This document shows, in pieces, positions 1 to 10,523 of a stretch of 64,000 bases of DNA (positions are counted from its first letter, which is position 1; each line of letters starts with the position of its first letter). The position numbers and the translations under genes were made by a program. The notes beneath the pieces were generated by a model. That model had not been told where the DNA came from. It saw only the letters and a program-made list of their open reading frames with translations, and made no database searches. The stretch is from an uncultured Clostridia bacterium (GTDB lineage Bacteria; Bacillota; Clostridia; Christensenellales; CAG-314). The stretch spans positions 14,982 through 78,981 of the forward strand of contig CANPXV010000006.1 of assembly GCA_947586855.1 (NCBI GenBank), given 5' to 3'.

Positions 1-3000
1 CCCGAATATATCCTGGGTATCGAAAACTACGCCTTCTGGAACTGCACCAACCTCAAAAAGGTAACCCTGCCCGAAAAACTTGCAACAATCGGCAAAGGTG
101 CGTTCTTCAATTGCACCAAGTTGGAGTCTATCAATCTGGATAACGTCAACATGATAAACGACGGTGCCTTCCAGGATTGCCGCTCGCTCACGGATGTCGG
201 CGAAAGCAAGTTGGCCCACCCTTATGCTTTGGGAACTTCGGCCTTCCAGGGTTGCACCAGCCTCAAAGAAATCGAGCTTACCAACCTGCGCAGAGGCGGC
301 GTGAGATCCTTTATGGGTTGCACGGGCCTCACCAAGATAACCTTTGGCGAGTCCACCCGCCTTGCCGAAAGCATGTTTGAGGGTTGCACGGGTATCACCC
401 GCACCAAGGGCAGCCCGCTTGTCGTCAACAGCGACCAGGTGCCCGACAGAGCATTCTACGGCTGCGAAAAGTTGGTGGCAGTAAAATTTACCAAGGATAT
501 CTCCTACTTCGGCGCTAACGCATTCCGCAACTGCTACAATCTCGAACAAGTCACGTTCGACGGCGCTTGCGAGGAATTTGCCTCTAACGTATTCTATGGA
601 TGCAACAAGCTGTCCTCATTCAAATTGGGCAGCTTCGAGGCGGTAGACGGCGTTGTGTACAACAGCGACAAGACGGAGCTGCTGTATGCCGTGCCCAGCC
701 TGTTCAAGCAGACGGACTTCGTGCTGCCCAAGACAGTCAGGTCCATTGCAAGCGGTGCATTTTCCGCCACAGGTATCCGTTCGTTCAGCGTAGAGGCCGA
801 TTCGGCGCTGACCACCATCGGCAACAACGCATTTGCCTATTGCAGCAATCTGACCTCCGTCACGCTGCCCGCCACGGTAACAAGCATAGGCAGAGGAGCC
901 TTTGCCGCCACGGGTATCCATGAGCTGGATCTCAGCGCACTGCACATCAACCTGCCCGAAGAAGTGTTGCAAGGCAGCAGCGTCGTCACAGTGACGCTGC
1001 CCACAGGCTGCACGGAAATCGGCGACAACGCATTTTCGGGCTGCACATCGTTGCAAACTGTCAACGGCTTGCAGGATGTCAAGGTCATCGGCAGCGGTGC
1101 ATTCCGTGGGGCCGGACTGACGTCCGCAACGTTGGGCGACGGCGTAACCGTCGGCAGCTATGCCTTTGCAGGACAATTTACCACACGTGTGGACGACAAC
1201 GACATCGTTCAGGTTGTGGCAAGCACGCCAAGCGCACTTACCTCTGTGACGTTTGCGGGCAAGGTGTATGTGGGTGACTACGCCTTTGCAAACACCTCCC
1301 TCTCCTCTCTGACAATTTCCGCCACGGGTTCCACTGTGGGCAACTACGGCTTTGCCTACAACCTCGGCATTGGCGAGATCAACGCTGACGGCGTTGTGGG
1401 CAAGCTGGGCGACTACGCCTTTGCATATTGCTCGCAGATAGTTGGTTCCAGCAGCGCAGCCGGTATCGGCGAAGTGTCGATAAACGGAGTCGAAGAGCTG
1501 GGCACTGGCGCCTTTGCAGAGAACATCGTGTTGCAAACAGTGCACTCGCAATCCCTCAAAAAGGTGGGCGACGAAGCATTCTATCCCTTGCAGGGTGTGT
1601 ACTACAACCATTTGACAGATATCGACCTCGGTAACGTGGTGGAGATCGGCGACAGAGCCTTCCCCCTGTGCAGAAGTCTTGCAAATGTAAATCTCTCCAA
1701 GGTCCAAACGATAGGCAACAGCGCCTTTGAGGCATGCGAGTCACTTGTGCAATTGGCACTGCCCGTCTGCACAAGCATAGGCGAAAACGCCTTTGGCGGA
1801 TGCAGCAGCCTCACTTTGCTCACGGTCCCCAATGTGGAACATATCGGCGCAAACGCTTTTGCAGGGACGGCCCTCACCACGCTTGCGCTCAACCCCAACC
1901 TCAAAACGATTGGCGACGCAATCGTGTACGGCGCAAACAACTTTACGGGCTTTACCGCAAACGGTCAATCAAGCGGCTCGTTCGGTTCCTTCGTCATCAA
2001 TGAGGGTGTGCTGTACTCCAAGCACTCCGACGGAACCTACACGCTGATCAGCTATCCCACCGCCAAGAGGAACAGCTCCTACAAGGTGTTGGAGGATACG
2101 ACCCGTATCGGTTTGCACGCGGCGGCGGGCAACAGATACCTGCAAGAGGTAACATTGCCTTCTTCGCTCAAATCTATCGGCGACTACGCATTTTATAACT
2201 GCCGTTCGCTGACAAAGGTCAACTTCCGCAGCTACTATGCGCCTCGCTTGGAGAGTGCGGCCAACGTGGTGGAGCAAATTCGCCTCAACGCCCCCGAGGA
2301 TCCCTCCGAAGAATACATGACGGCAAGGGACTTCCCCTACTTCGACGAGCTGTACCGCTACGATTTCTACTATCGTTTCCAAGAGGCGGGCGAGATATCC
2401 TACTTTTACGGCAACTACTTTGCTTACCGTCAGTTTGGCAGCATTGTCGGTCAAAAAAAGCTGACCATGCAAGTGCCTGCCAACTCGTCCGGATACGACA
2501 ACTTTATCTACAAAGTGTACTTTGACGAGCAAAAGGACGCCAACGGCAACGTCGTCAAGGGAGAGCGCACCACAGACAACTTTGCGCAGCAATTTATGGA
2601 TGCGGTAAAGGCCCTGCAAAAGTTGGGCAAGATCGACCGCTTTGCCTCCAAGCAGATGGAAGAGGCCGTGACGGCATTCAACCTTATGAAGGCGGCCGGC
2701 TCGATGTACGAGGTGTATGAAGAATACTTCAACGCCTACAACGAAATGCTGATGCAGTACAACGTGGACGTGGCCCGCAACGCATTGGGCAAGCTGTTCG
2801 AGATGGCCGATACGCCCTCCTCCTACAAGCTGCTCAAACAGGCCTACGACCTGTACAACGGCCTATCCGCAGACGAAAAGACCATGCTGGACGAAGCCCT
2901 TGGCAAGTCGGCCAAGACGCTGTTGGACAGCAAGATCGCCGAGTACACCCAAGCGGTGGGCGGCGGCCGGGTGGACCTTGGCAAGAGCTGGCCCGAGCGC

Positions 3001-3315
3001 GTGCTGGATCTGTTGGATCAACTGCTGGGCGGCGTTGGCACCGATCAACTGACCGAGCAACACTTTGCCAAGCTGCAACAGGCGCAGGCGCTGATCAAAA
3101 CTCTGTCGGACGACGAGCGCGACGAATACATTTCCAGATTGACGCCCTATCTCAACCTTATTGACGCCTGGAACAACTACGCCGACACAAGTGACATCGT
3201 ATCTGCGGCAAACGCAGTATCGGATAGCTTCGGCGGCAAGTTGCTGGTGGCGGTTGCGGGGCTAAACGCACTGCTTGCAGCAGCATATGTGGCGTTCAAG
3301 GGAGGTATCCTGTGA
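1..3315 (+). CDS. BspA/LRR_5-type leucine-rich-repeat cell-surface protein, 5'-truncated by the window edge
   Basis: Frame is open from base 1 (PEYILGIENYAFWNCTNLKKVTLPEKL...). Many 'IGxxAFxGCxSLxxVxLP' repeats, then helical repeats and a C-terminal hydrophobic anchor (LLVAVAGLNALLAAAYVAFK). Confidence 0.9.
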   Translation, partial: PEYILGIENYAFWNCTNLKKVTLPEKLATIGKGAFFNCTKLESINLDNVNMINDGAFQDCRSLTDVGESKLAHPYALGTSAFQGCTSLKEIELTNLRRGGVRSFMGCTGLTKITFGESTRLAESMFEGCTGITRTKGSPLVVNSDQVPDRAFYGCEKLVAVKFTKDISYFGANAFRNCYNLEQVTFDGACEEFASNVFYGCNKLSSFKLGSFEAVDGVVYNSDKTELLYAVPSLFKQTDFVLPKTVRSIASGAFSATGIRSFSVEADSALTTIGNNAFAYCSNLTSVTLPATVTSIGRGAFAATGIHELDLSALHINLPEEVLQGSSVVTVTLPTGCTEIGDNAFSGCTSLQTVNGLQDVKVIGSGAFRGAGLTSATLGDGVTVGSYAFAGQFTTRVDDNDIVQVVASTPSALTSVTFAGKVYVGDYAFANTSLSSLTISATGSTVGNYGFAYNLGIGEINADGVVGKLGDYAFAYCSQIVGSSSAAGIGEVSINGVEELGTGAFAENIVLQTVHSQSLKKVGDEAFYPLQGVYYNHLTDIDLGNVVEIGDRAFPLCRSLANVNLSKVQTIGNSAFEACESLVQLALPVCTSIGENAFGGCSSLTLLTVPNVEHIGANAFAGTALTTLALNPNLKTIGDAIVYGANNFTGFTANGQSSGSFGSFVINEGVLYSKHSDGTYTLISYPTAKRNSSYKVLEDTTRIGLHAAAGNRYLQEVTLPSSLKSIGDYAFYNCRSLTKVNFRSYYAPRLESAANVVEQIRLNAPEDPSEEYMTARDFPYFDELYRYDFYYRFQEAGEISYFYGNYFAYRQFGSIVGQKKLTMQVPANSSGYDNFIYKVYFDEQKDANGNVVKGERTTDNFAQQFMDAVKALQKLGKIDRFASKQMEEAVTAFNLMKAAGSMYEVYEEYFNAYNEMLMQYNVDVARNALGKLFEMADTPSSYKLLKQAYDLYNGLSADEKTMLDEALGKSAKTLLDSKIAEYTQAVGGGRVDLGKSWPERVLDLLDQLLGGVGTDQLTEQHFAKLQQAQALIKTLSDDERDEYISRLTPYLNLIDAWNNYADTSDIVSAANAVSDSFGGKLLVAVAGLNALLAAAYVAFKGGIL

Positions 3316-3866
3316 TGAAAAAGAGAAATATAGCGCTGCTTTGCGCAGTATTTGCATTGGTATTGGCGCTGTTTGCAGCCTGCAAGGTCGATGTGGACGA
3401 CATAAGCGATAGCTTTGCCGACATCGCCACCGCCCAAAAGGTAGACTACAATCTCACCGTGATGGGCGGCACGCTGTTGCGCTATCAAAACGACGCTGTC
3501 TACACCAAGTCGGGCAACGGATACAGCTGGACGGGCACGGTAAAGCAGCTCAACACACTGGACGCCGTCGAACCCTACACAGTGACAACAACGCAGGGTA
3601 CCTCGGCGGATACAAGTTTTGTGCCCAAGTTCAAGCTGGACGACGAAACGCTGTTTGCGTCCAGCGAGGCCACCAAGCAGTCGTTGTCGCTTGTGGTTGC
3701 CGAGGGTAGCGAGCGGCAGGTATTGTCCCTTGCGGATAGCGCCTCGCTCAACATCAGCAACCTTTCCATCGATTTTACGCTGGACGACGACCTCATCACG
3801 GAAATTCTGGTCAGGTTCGACTCCAACGGCTCCAACTTTTCGCTCAGGCTGGGCTTTACCTACTGA
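3315..3866 (+). CDS. hypothetical lipoprotein
   Basis: Signal peptide with lipobox LFAAC; GGAGG RBS at 3301; start overlaps the LRR stop (alternative GTG at 3312). Confidence 0.8.
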   Translation: MKKRNIALLCAVFALVLALFAACKVDVDDISDSFADIATAQKVDYNLTVMGGTLLRYQNDAVYTKSGNGYSWTGTVKQLNTLDAVEPYTVTTTQGTSADTSFVPKFKLDDETLFASSEATKQSLSLVVAEGSERQVLSLADSASLNISNLSIDFTLDDDLITEILVRFDSNGSNFSLRLGFTY

Positions 3867-3900
3867 GCGTGTGCAACAAAACTAACCAAAGGACAAAACA

Positions 3901-5049
3901 ATGAAATTTAACAAGCAAATTGCAATTGCCGTGATGTTTGTGGTGCTTGTGGCGGCGTTGGCTCTGTTGGGCGCATGCAGCAACCGAGACGAAAACATCG
4001 AGGGCAAATTACAGCTGACTTTTCAGTTTAACGGCGGCATTCTGGATAACGGCGCCACCAATTTGCAGGATAGCGTCAACCACGCCTGCGAGAAAAACAG
4101 CTATGTGGTGGATATCGCTACCTTTCCCGGGTTCAAATTTACTCGGTCGGGCTACGTGTTCGAGGGGTGGTTCCGGGACAAAGAGCTGACAGACGCCTGG
4201 GATTTTTCTAAGGACCGCATAACGGCAGACACCACACTGTATGCCAAGTGGCGCCCCGATATCGTCTACACCTACGGCGTGTATCTGGTGGTGGAGGGCA
4301 AGGAAAACGAGCTGCTGGGCCGCTACACCGTGGAGCAGGGCGAAAAGTTTGTGGACAAGCGAAACTACGGCACCAATCTGCGCAGCAAAAAGCGCACGTT
4401 TGAGAGATTTTGTTCCGACCCCGCACTAACAACGCCTTGGGATGACAACTTTGTCCACCCGGGCGGCGCCGTCAGCACCGAGATCCCCGTCTACGTCCAA
4501 TCGATAGACGGCGTGTGGCAATTTGTGTCCGACTACGAACAGCTTTTGGCGGCCATCAAAACGTCCGACTCCATTTGGTTGAAAGACAATATCGATTGCG
4601 GCGGCAAGGACCTGTACTTTGACACTTTCAATGCCGAGTTGAAAGGTGACAATCACAAGATATTCAACTTCAATGTGGAATCTTTTGCGGGCACCATGCA
4701 AGTGGCTCCCCAATACTCCATATTCAACCAACTCAATGCCAAAGCCAACATCCACGACGTCACGTTTGAGGGCGCACACTTTGCGTTGGCAGACTCCGCT
4801 ATCAGCTACAAGCTGGCCATTGCGGGATTGGCGCAGAGGGTGGCCAATGGCGCAAAAATCACCAATGTGCACGTCAGGGGCACATTTGACAGCAGTCAAT
4901 TGAAGTTTGTGTTCACGGCAACAGCTACCAATGTCACCTCGGACGACGACATAGCCCAATTGTTTGCGCAGTTGAGCTTCGAAGAATACAAAGATGACGA
5001 AGTTACAGTGCAAAACTTCGATTCGCAAATAACAAAACAAGGCAACTAA
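3901..5049 (+). CDS. lipoprotein with InlB B-repeat (Listeria-Bacteroides repeat) domains
   Basis: Lipobox LLGAC; motif 'GYVFEGWFRDKELTDAWDF...ITADTTLYAKW'; AAGGA RBS. Confidence 0.8.
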   Translation: MKFNKQIAIAVMFVVLVAALALLGACSNRDENIEGKLQLTFQFNGGILDNGATNLQDSVNHACEKNSYVVDIATFPGFKFTRSGYVFEGWFRDKELTDAWDFSKDRITADTTLYAKWRPDIVYTYGVYLVVEGKENELLGRYTVEQGEKFVDKRNYGTNLRSKKRTFERFCSDPALTTPWDDNFVHPGGAVSTEIPVYVQSIDGVWQFVSDYEQLLAAIKTSDSIWLKDNIDCGGKDLYFDTFNAELKGDNHKIFNFNVESFAGTMQVAPQYSIFNQLNAKANIHDVTFEGAHFALADSAISYKLAIAGLAQRVANGAKITNVHVRGTFDSSQLKFVFTATATNVTSDDDIAQLFAQLSFEEYKDDEVTVQNFDSQITKQGN

Positions 5050-5076
5050 CAAGCAAAACCGTTAAGGAGAAACATT

Positions 5077-7620
5077 ATGACTAAGATAAAAAAGATATTT
5101 GTTGTGCTGTTGACAGTGGCAATGCTGTGCATGTCGCTTGGCACAGTGGCAGCGTGCAAAGAATCCGATTGGGATAACGAAAGCACTCGTCTGGTTATGT
5201 CCATCGGCGAGTTGGACGGCGTTTTCAACCCGTTTTTCAGTTCGTCCGCAACGGACGGCTCCATTGTCAGCATGACGCAGGTGGGCATGCTTTCCTCCGA
5301 TAAGGAAGGCAACGTCGCCTTTGGCGAGGACGAACCCTGCGTGGTGTTGGACTACGAGGAAAGCACCAACAAACCCTCCGACGACAAGGAAACCTGGCGT
5401 ACCACCTACAAGTTCGTGCTCAAAAACAATCTCAAATTCAGCAACGGCTCTCCCCTCACCATGAAGGACGTGCTGTTCAACCTGTATGTGTATCTGGATC
5501 CCGCCTATACGGGCAGCTCCACCGTGTACTCTACGGATATTGTCGGTCTTGCCGAGTATCGCACGCAGCAGGCGGACGAAAGCGCACAAGAGGGCTTCAA
5601 CGTGCAATTCAGCAACGAGGCGACGGAGCGTATTTATCGGCTGTACAACGAGATCCAAAAGCTCTATGACCAAAAAGTGCTGACGGGCGTTGTCACAGAT
5701 GCGCAAATGACAAAAGCACTGACAGACTCTGTGGACTACTACAAAACGTTGGGCAACGACTACTCCGACTTCTTTACCTTGGTAGATGACTACAACAGGG
5801 CCAAGGTGCTGTTCAGGGAAGAATTGGAAAGCGACTACAACAATGCCGGCGCTCCCGAAGATATCACCTTCGACAACGGCCGTATCAAGCTGACCACCGC
5901 AACCGAGGCTTTCTTCTACAACGAGGGCTATATCACTTGGAACGACAAAGATAAAAAGCTGGAATACAGCATTTCGGAAGATCTGGCTAAAAATTCCAGC
6001 AAGGAAGAAGCTATCAACCTTATCTACGGTCAATATTTCGAAACCCAGACGGAAAGCAACAATGCAGGCATAGTTGTCACCGCCTGGAACACCTCTACCA
6101 AGTTGCAGGAGGAATTTACCGCCAAGGCCATGAAGGACTACTTCGATGAGCAGGGCGTAACCTACAAAAACGTCAGCGGTATCACCTTCCCCAACAGGAC
6201 AGAAGGTTCCAGCGTGACGGTGCATGGCAAAACCTACGGCAAGCCCACCTACGACAGCGAGGGCAACGTCATCGACGGCAACGAAGTGTTGCAGATAGAG
6301 ATCAAGGGCGTCGACCCCAAAGCTATCTGGAACTTTGCCTTTACGGTGGCACCCATGTACTACTATTCCAGCCCGGAGCAAATTTCCGCCTTCAACTATA
6401 CCGACCACTTCGGTGTGGACTACGGCAACATCGACTTCATGAACAACTACGTCAAGGCCTCTTCGAAAATCGGTCTGCCCGTGGGCGCAGGCCCCTACAA
6501 GGCCACGACCGCACAGGGCGACAGCGCCAATGTCACACCCGATACGTTCAGGGCCAACAACGTCATCCACTACGAGCGCAACGAGTACTTTATGCTTGGC
6601 TCTGCCAAGATCAAGTACGTCAACTACCAAGTGGTGGACGCCAAGATGATGCTTACCAGCTTGAAGAACGGCGACGTCCACTTTGTGGAGCCCAACTGCA
6701 AGCAGGAGAGTATTGACGAAGTAGAGGGCATGGGCGAAGGCTACGCCTACAAGACGGTCATGACCAACGGCTACGGCTACATCGGTATCAATGCTGAAAA
6801 GGTGCCCAGCCACCAGATCCGTCAGGCCATCATGCACGCCATCAACACGCAGGATTGCCTCGACTACTACGGCAACTACGCCTACCGTATCAACCGCTCC
6901 ATGACCCGCGCCAGCTGGGCCTATCCCGAAGAAACCGACGATGAAGGTCAGTACTACGAGTTTGACCCCGACGGCACCAAGTATATCGATGATCTGGTGA
7001 GCGATGCAGGCTATGTTCCTTCGGGCAGCGGTGCCTACACCAACCTCGCCACGGGCGACAAGTTGGAGTACACCTTTACCATAGCAGGCGACAGTGAGGA
7101 CCACCCCGCCTTCAACGCAATGTTTCATGCGGCCGAGATTCTCAACGAGCACGGCTTCAAAGTGACCGTCAAAAAGGACATCAACGCCCTCAAAAAGCTC
7201 AACACCGGCGATCTCACCGTTTGGGCGGCAGCTTGGGGCAGCGGTGTGGACCCCGACATGTATCAGGTGTATCACATCGACTCGCAAGCGGGCGCAACGG
7301 CCAACTGGGGCTACCGTGCGATTCGTCTTAACGCAGGCGGCACCTACAACTACGAAAAAGATCTTGTGGAAAGATTGTCCCAACAGATAGACGCCGCCCG
7401 CGAAACTCTCGATCAGGACGAGCGCAAAGAAATCTACGCAGAGTGCCTTGATTTGGTGATGGAGTTGGCTGTGGAGCTGCCCACCTATCAACGTAGCGAC
7501 ATGTTTGCCTACAACACCAACGTTATCGACGAAAGCAGCCTCACCCCCGAGAACGAGCTTACTCCCTTCAACGGGCTGCTCAACAGACTGTGGGAGGTCA
7601 GCTTTGTGGGCAACGACTAA
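5077..7620 (+). CDS. oppA: ABC transporter substrate-binding lipoprotein, family 5 (OppA/DppA-like), unusually long (847 aa)
   Basis: Lipobox TVAAC; 'LKFSNGSPLTMKDVLF', 'PVGAGPYK', 'IRQAIMHAIN'; followed by permeases and ATPases. Confidence 0.85.
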   Translation: MTKIKKIFVVLLTVAMLCMSLGTVAACKESDWDNESTRLVMSIGELDGVFNPFFSSSATDGSIVSMTQVGMLSSDKEGNVAFGEDEPCVVLDYEESTNKPSDDKETWRTTYKFVLKNNLKFSNGSPLTMKDVLFNLYVYLDPAYTGSSTVYSTDIVGLAEYRTQQADESAQEGFNVQFSNEATERIYRLYNEIQKLYDQKVLTGVVTDAQMTKALTDSVDYYKTLGNDYSDFFTLVDDYNRAKVLFREELESDYNNAGAPEDITFDNGRIKLTTATEAFFYNEGYITWNDKDKKLEYSISEDLAKNSSKEEAINLIYGQYFETQTESNNAGIVVTAWNTSTKLQEEFTAKAMKDYFDEQGVTYKNVSGITFPNRTEGSSVTVHGKTYGKPTYDSEGNVIDGNEVLQIEIKGVDPKAIWNFAFTVAPMYYYSSPEQISAFNYTDHFGVDYGNIDFMNNYVKASSKIGLPVGAGPYKATTAQGDSANVTPDTFRANNVIHYERNEYFMLGSAKIKYVNYQVVDAKMMLTSLKNGDVHFVEPNCKQESIDEVEGMGEGYAYKTVMTNGYGYIGINAEKVPSHQIRQAIMHAINTQDCLDYYGNYAYRINRSMTRASWAYPEETDDEGQYYEFDPDGTKYIDDLVSDAGYVPSGSGAYTNLATGDKLEYTFTIAGDSEDHPAFNAMFHAAEILNEHGFKVTVKKDINALKKLNTGDLTVWAAAWGSGVDPDMYQVYHIDSQAGATANWGYRAIRLNAGGTYNYEKDLVERLSQQIDAARETLDQDERKEIYAECLDLVMELAVELPTYQRSDMFAYNTNVIDESSLTPENELTPFNGLLNRLWEVSFVGND

Positions 7621-7687
7621 CAAACCCCCTGCTGATGTGCGGCCATGCCGCAAGTAACTACAACCGACAATCAAGTAAAGGAACAAG

Positions 7688-9358
7688 ATGGTAAAATATA
7701 TTATAAAAAGAATATTGCTATCCATCGTCATTCTGTTGGGTGTGTCTTTGATAATCTACACCTTGGTGCGCTTGATGCCTGCCGACTACATGGAAACCAA
7801 GTACGCCGAGCAGCTGAAAGCGGGCACCATCACCCAAGAGCAAGTGGACCAATTCAAGAAGGACGCCGGGCTGTATATGCCCGACGGCATTCTTACGCTC
7901 ACTTTGGACGAACCCGAGGATAGCGATCTGGATGGGTTGGTGTTTACCAAAAACGTCAAGTCCGTCAACTACGAACGTGTCGTCGACAAAAAGATGGCCG
8001 CTCACGAGCTGTACATAGGCAACTTTTACAGCGAGGACGAGGGCTGGCAGCTGACCTTGAAGGAAAATGGTCAGCAGTCCACCGGCAGCTACACAATCTA
8101 TCAGCGCAACTCCAAGCAGACCGAGACGCTGACCGACAGCTACACCGTGACGGTGACTAACGGACGGCTTGCGCTCAACTTCAAGGGCCTCGGCGGCGAA
8201 TTGACTTACACAGTGGAGGACGGGCAAAGCAGGCTCAACTTTACTGTCAGCGGCGGAGACTACAACGACCAGCTGTTTTTGCTGGACGTAAGTGAGGCCA
8301 ACTATCAAAATGCGCTGAAAGGCGACTACGACTGCGAACGCTTGGTGCAGGGCACCTGGCAAACGCACGACGGCACCTTGCAACTGCGTCTGGATGACGG
8401 CGAGTACACCGTGGTAGAGATGGCCGGCCGCAACAAAATCTTTGCAAGCGGCACCTACACCGTGGACGACCTCGACGAAAACAACAACGGTGTGTACGAG
8501 CTGGGCCTTGACGAAATCGGCACCAAACCGATAGAGTATCGCAACGCCTCCTTTGGCGAAAAAACCGGCGCAGTGCTGGGCGGCTACTTCAATTGGTTGT
8601 GGAACATGATGCAGGGCAACTTCGGGCGGTCTTTCACCCACGAAAAACCCGTCACCGAAGTGATTGCCGACCACATGTGGATATCCTTTATCATATCTTT
8701 TATCGCACTGATATTCGAGTTTGTCATCTCGATACCCCTTGGTATCACCAGCGCCACCCATCAGTACAGCGCACGGGACTACTTTGTGACGGTGGTCACA
8801 ATGATAGGTATATCCTTCCCCAGCTTCTTCTTTGCGGCGCTGCTCATCAAGCTGTTCAGCAGTACCTTGGGGTGGTTCCCCACGATGGGCCTTGTCAGCG
8901 GCGGCAGCAGTGCGACGGGCTTTGTGCGCTTTGCCGATATGGCCTGGCACCTTACGCTGCCCATGGTGGTGATGGTGGTGCTCAGCATCGGCAGCCTGAT
9001 GCGCTACACCCGCACCAACATGCTGGAAGTGCTCAGCAGCGACTACATACGTACCGCCCGTGCCAAGGGTCTTTCGGAAAAACGAGTGGTGTACGTGCAC
9101 GCCTTCCGTAACACGCTGATACCCCTCATGACAATGATGGCGGGCATATTGCCCAGCTTGTTTGGCGGCGCAATGATCACCGAAGAAGTGTTTGCCATCG
9201 ACGGAATAGGCCGCATAGCCTACAAGTCTCTCACGCAGGGCGACCTGCCGCTGATAATGGGCTACAACATGTTCCTGGCCGTGCTGACGGTCATCGGCAC
9301 GTTGCTGTCCGACATCATGTATGCGGTGGTCGATCCGCGCGTCAAACTTACCAAATAG
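7688..9358 (+). CDS. oppB: oligopeptide ABC permease (OppB-like) with a large extracytoplasmic insertion
   Basis: N-terminus 'KYIIKRILLSI', 'GNFGRSF', EAA loop 'DYIRTARAKGLSE', C-terminus 'DPRVK'. Confidence 0.9.
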   Translation: MVKYIIKRILLSIVILLGVSLIIYTLVRLMPADYMETKYAEQLKAGTITQEQVDQFKKDAGLYMPDGILTLTLDEPEDSDLDGLVFTKNVKSVNYERVVDKKMAAHELYIGNFYSEDEGWQLTLKENGQQSTGSYTIYQRNSKQTETLTDSYTVTVTNGRLALNFKGLGGELTYTVEDGQSRLNFTVSGGDYNDQLFLLDVSEANYQNALKGDYDCERLVQGTWQTHDGTLQLRLDDGEYTVVEMAGRNKIFASGTYTVDDLDENNNGVYELGLDEIGTKPIEYRNASFGEKTGAVLGGYFNWLWNMMQGNFGRSFTHEKPVTEVIADHMWISFIISFIALIFEFVISIPLGITSATHQYSARDYFVTVVTMIGISFPSFFFAALLIKLFSSTLGWFPTMGLVSGGSSATGFVRFADMAWHLTLPMVVMVVLSIGSLMRYTRTNMLEVLSSDYIRTARAKGLSEKRVVYVHAFRNTLIPLMTMMAGILPSLFGGAMITEEVFAIDGIGRIAYKSLTQGDLPLIMGYNMFLAVLTVIGTLLSDIMYAVVDPRVKLTK

Positions 9359-9367
9359 GAGGAAATC

Positions 9368-10474
9368 ATGGACGACAACAACAAATACCAAGTTTCCTCC
9401 CTGCAAGAAGAGGAATCGCAATCCACCCCCGCCACCGCACAGCAAACGCTGGTGCAGCTTAGCGACGAGGACGTGGAGCAAAAGATCTACTACAAGGAGC
9501 TCACTCCCACCCGCATGGTGCTGAGGCGCTTTTTCCGCTCGCAGCTGTCCGTTGTGGGCCTGATAATGATATTGGCGCTGTTTGTGTTTGCCTTTTTGGG
9601 TCCGCCGATATTCAAGCTGTTCAAGTACGATTGGGGCGAAACGGACGTGGACCGCACCCCCGTGCAAAAAATGTCCGGCACCTGGCTGGAAACGGAAGTA
9701 AACGGCGAAACGGTGCGTGTGTACCAATACAAATACTACACGGTCAACACCAACAGTCTCGCCTCCCCCTCCAAGGATCATTGGCTGGGCACCGACGAAA
9801 GAGGCATGGACGTGTTTGCCCGTCTGATGTACGGCGGACGAGTGTCCCTTACGCTGGGCTTTGTGGTGGTCATTCTCGAAACGCTGCTGGGCGTGATCAT
9901 CGGCGGCATATCGGGCTACTTTGGCGGTTGGGTGGACCAGGTGCTGATGCGTATCGTGGATATACTCAACTGTATCCCCACATTGCCGTTGCTGCTTATC
10001 GCTTCGGTGGTTATCGACAGCTGGGGCGTACCGGGGCAAGCCCGTATCTACTACCTGATGGTCATTTTGACGATTTTCGGTTGGAGCGGCACCGCCCGTA
10101 TGGTTCGCGGCCAGATACTGTATCTGAGAGAGCAGGAATACATCGTTGCATGCGAGGTGATGGGCATACCCACTTGGAGGCGCATATTTATGCACCTGAT
10201 ACCCAACATCATGCCGCAGCTGATTGTATCCATGACGCTGGGTCTGGGCGGTATCATCCTGTACGAGGCAACCCTGTCCTATCTGGGCTTGGGCATACCC
10301 ATCCCCTATGCGGCCTGGGGCACAATGATAAGCTCCTCTACCGACCCCATCACCATGTCCTACTATCCCAACTTGTGGATCCCCGCAGGTTTGCTGATAG
10401 TTATCGCCGTGCTGGGCTTCAACTTTGTGGGCGACGGACTTCGCGACGCCATGGACCCCAAGGCGAGAAAATAA
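9368..10474 (+). CDS. oppC: oligopeptide ABC permease (OppC-like)
   Basis: 'HWLGTDERGMDVFARLMYGGRVSL', 'FNFVGDGLRDAMDP'. Confidence 0.92.
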   Translation: MDDNNKYQVSSLQEEESQSTPATAQQTLVQLSDEDVEQKIYYKELTPTRMVLRRFFRSQLSVVGLIMILALFVFAFLGPPIFKLFKYDWGETDVDRTPVQKMSGTWLETEVNGETVRVYQYKYYTVNTNSLASPSKDHWLGTDERGMDVFARLMYGGRVSLTLGFVVVILETLLGVIIGGISGYFGGWVDQVLMRIVDILNCIPTLPLLLIASVVIDSWGVPGQARIYYLMVILTIFGWSGTARMVRGQILYLREQEYIVACEVMGIPTWRRIFMHLIPNIMPQLIVSMTLGLGGIILYEATLSYLGLGIPIPYAAWGTMISSSTDPITMSYYPNLWIPAGLLIVIAVLGFNFVGDGLRDAMDPKARK

Positions 10475-10523
10475 TCTACATTTGCAGCTTTGCGCATAAC
10501 TTGTGCAACAAAAAGGTATCGCA

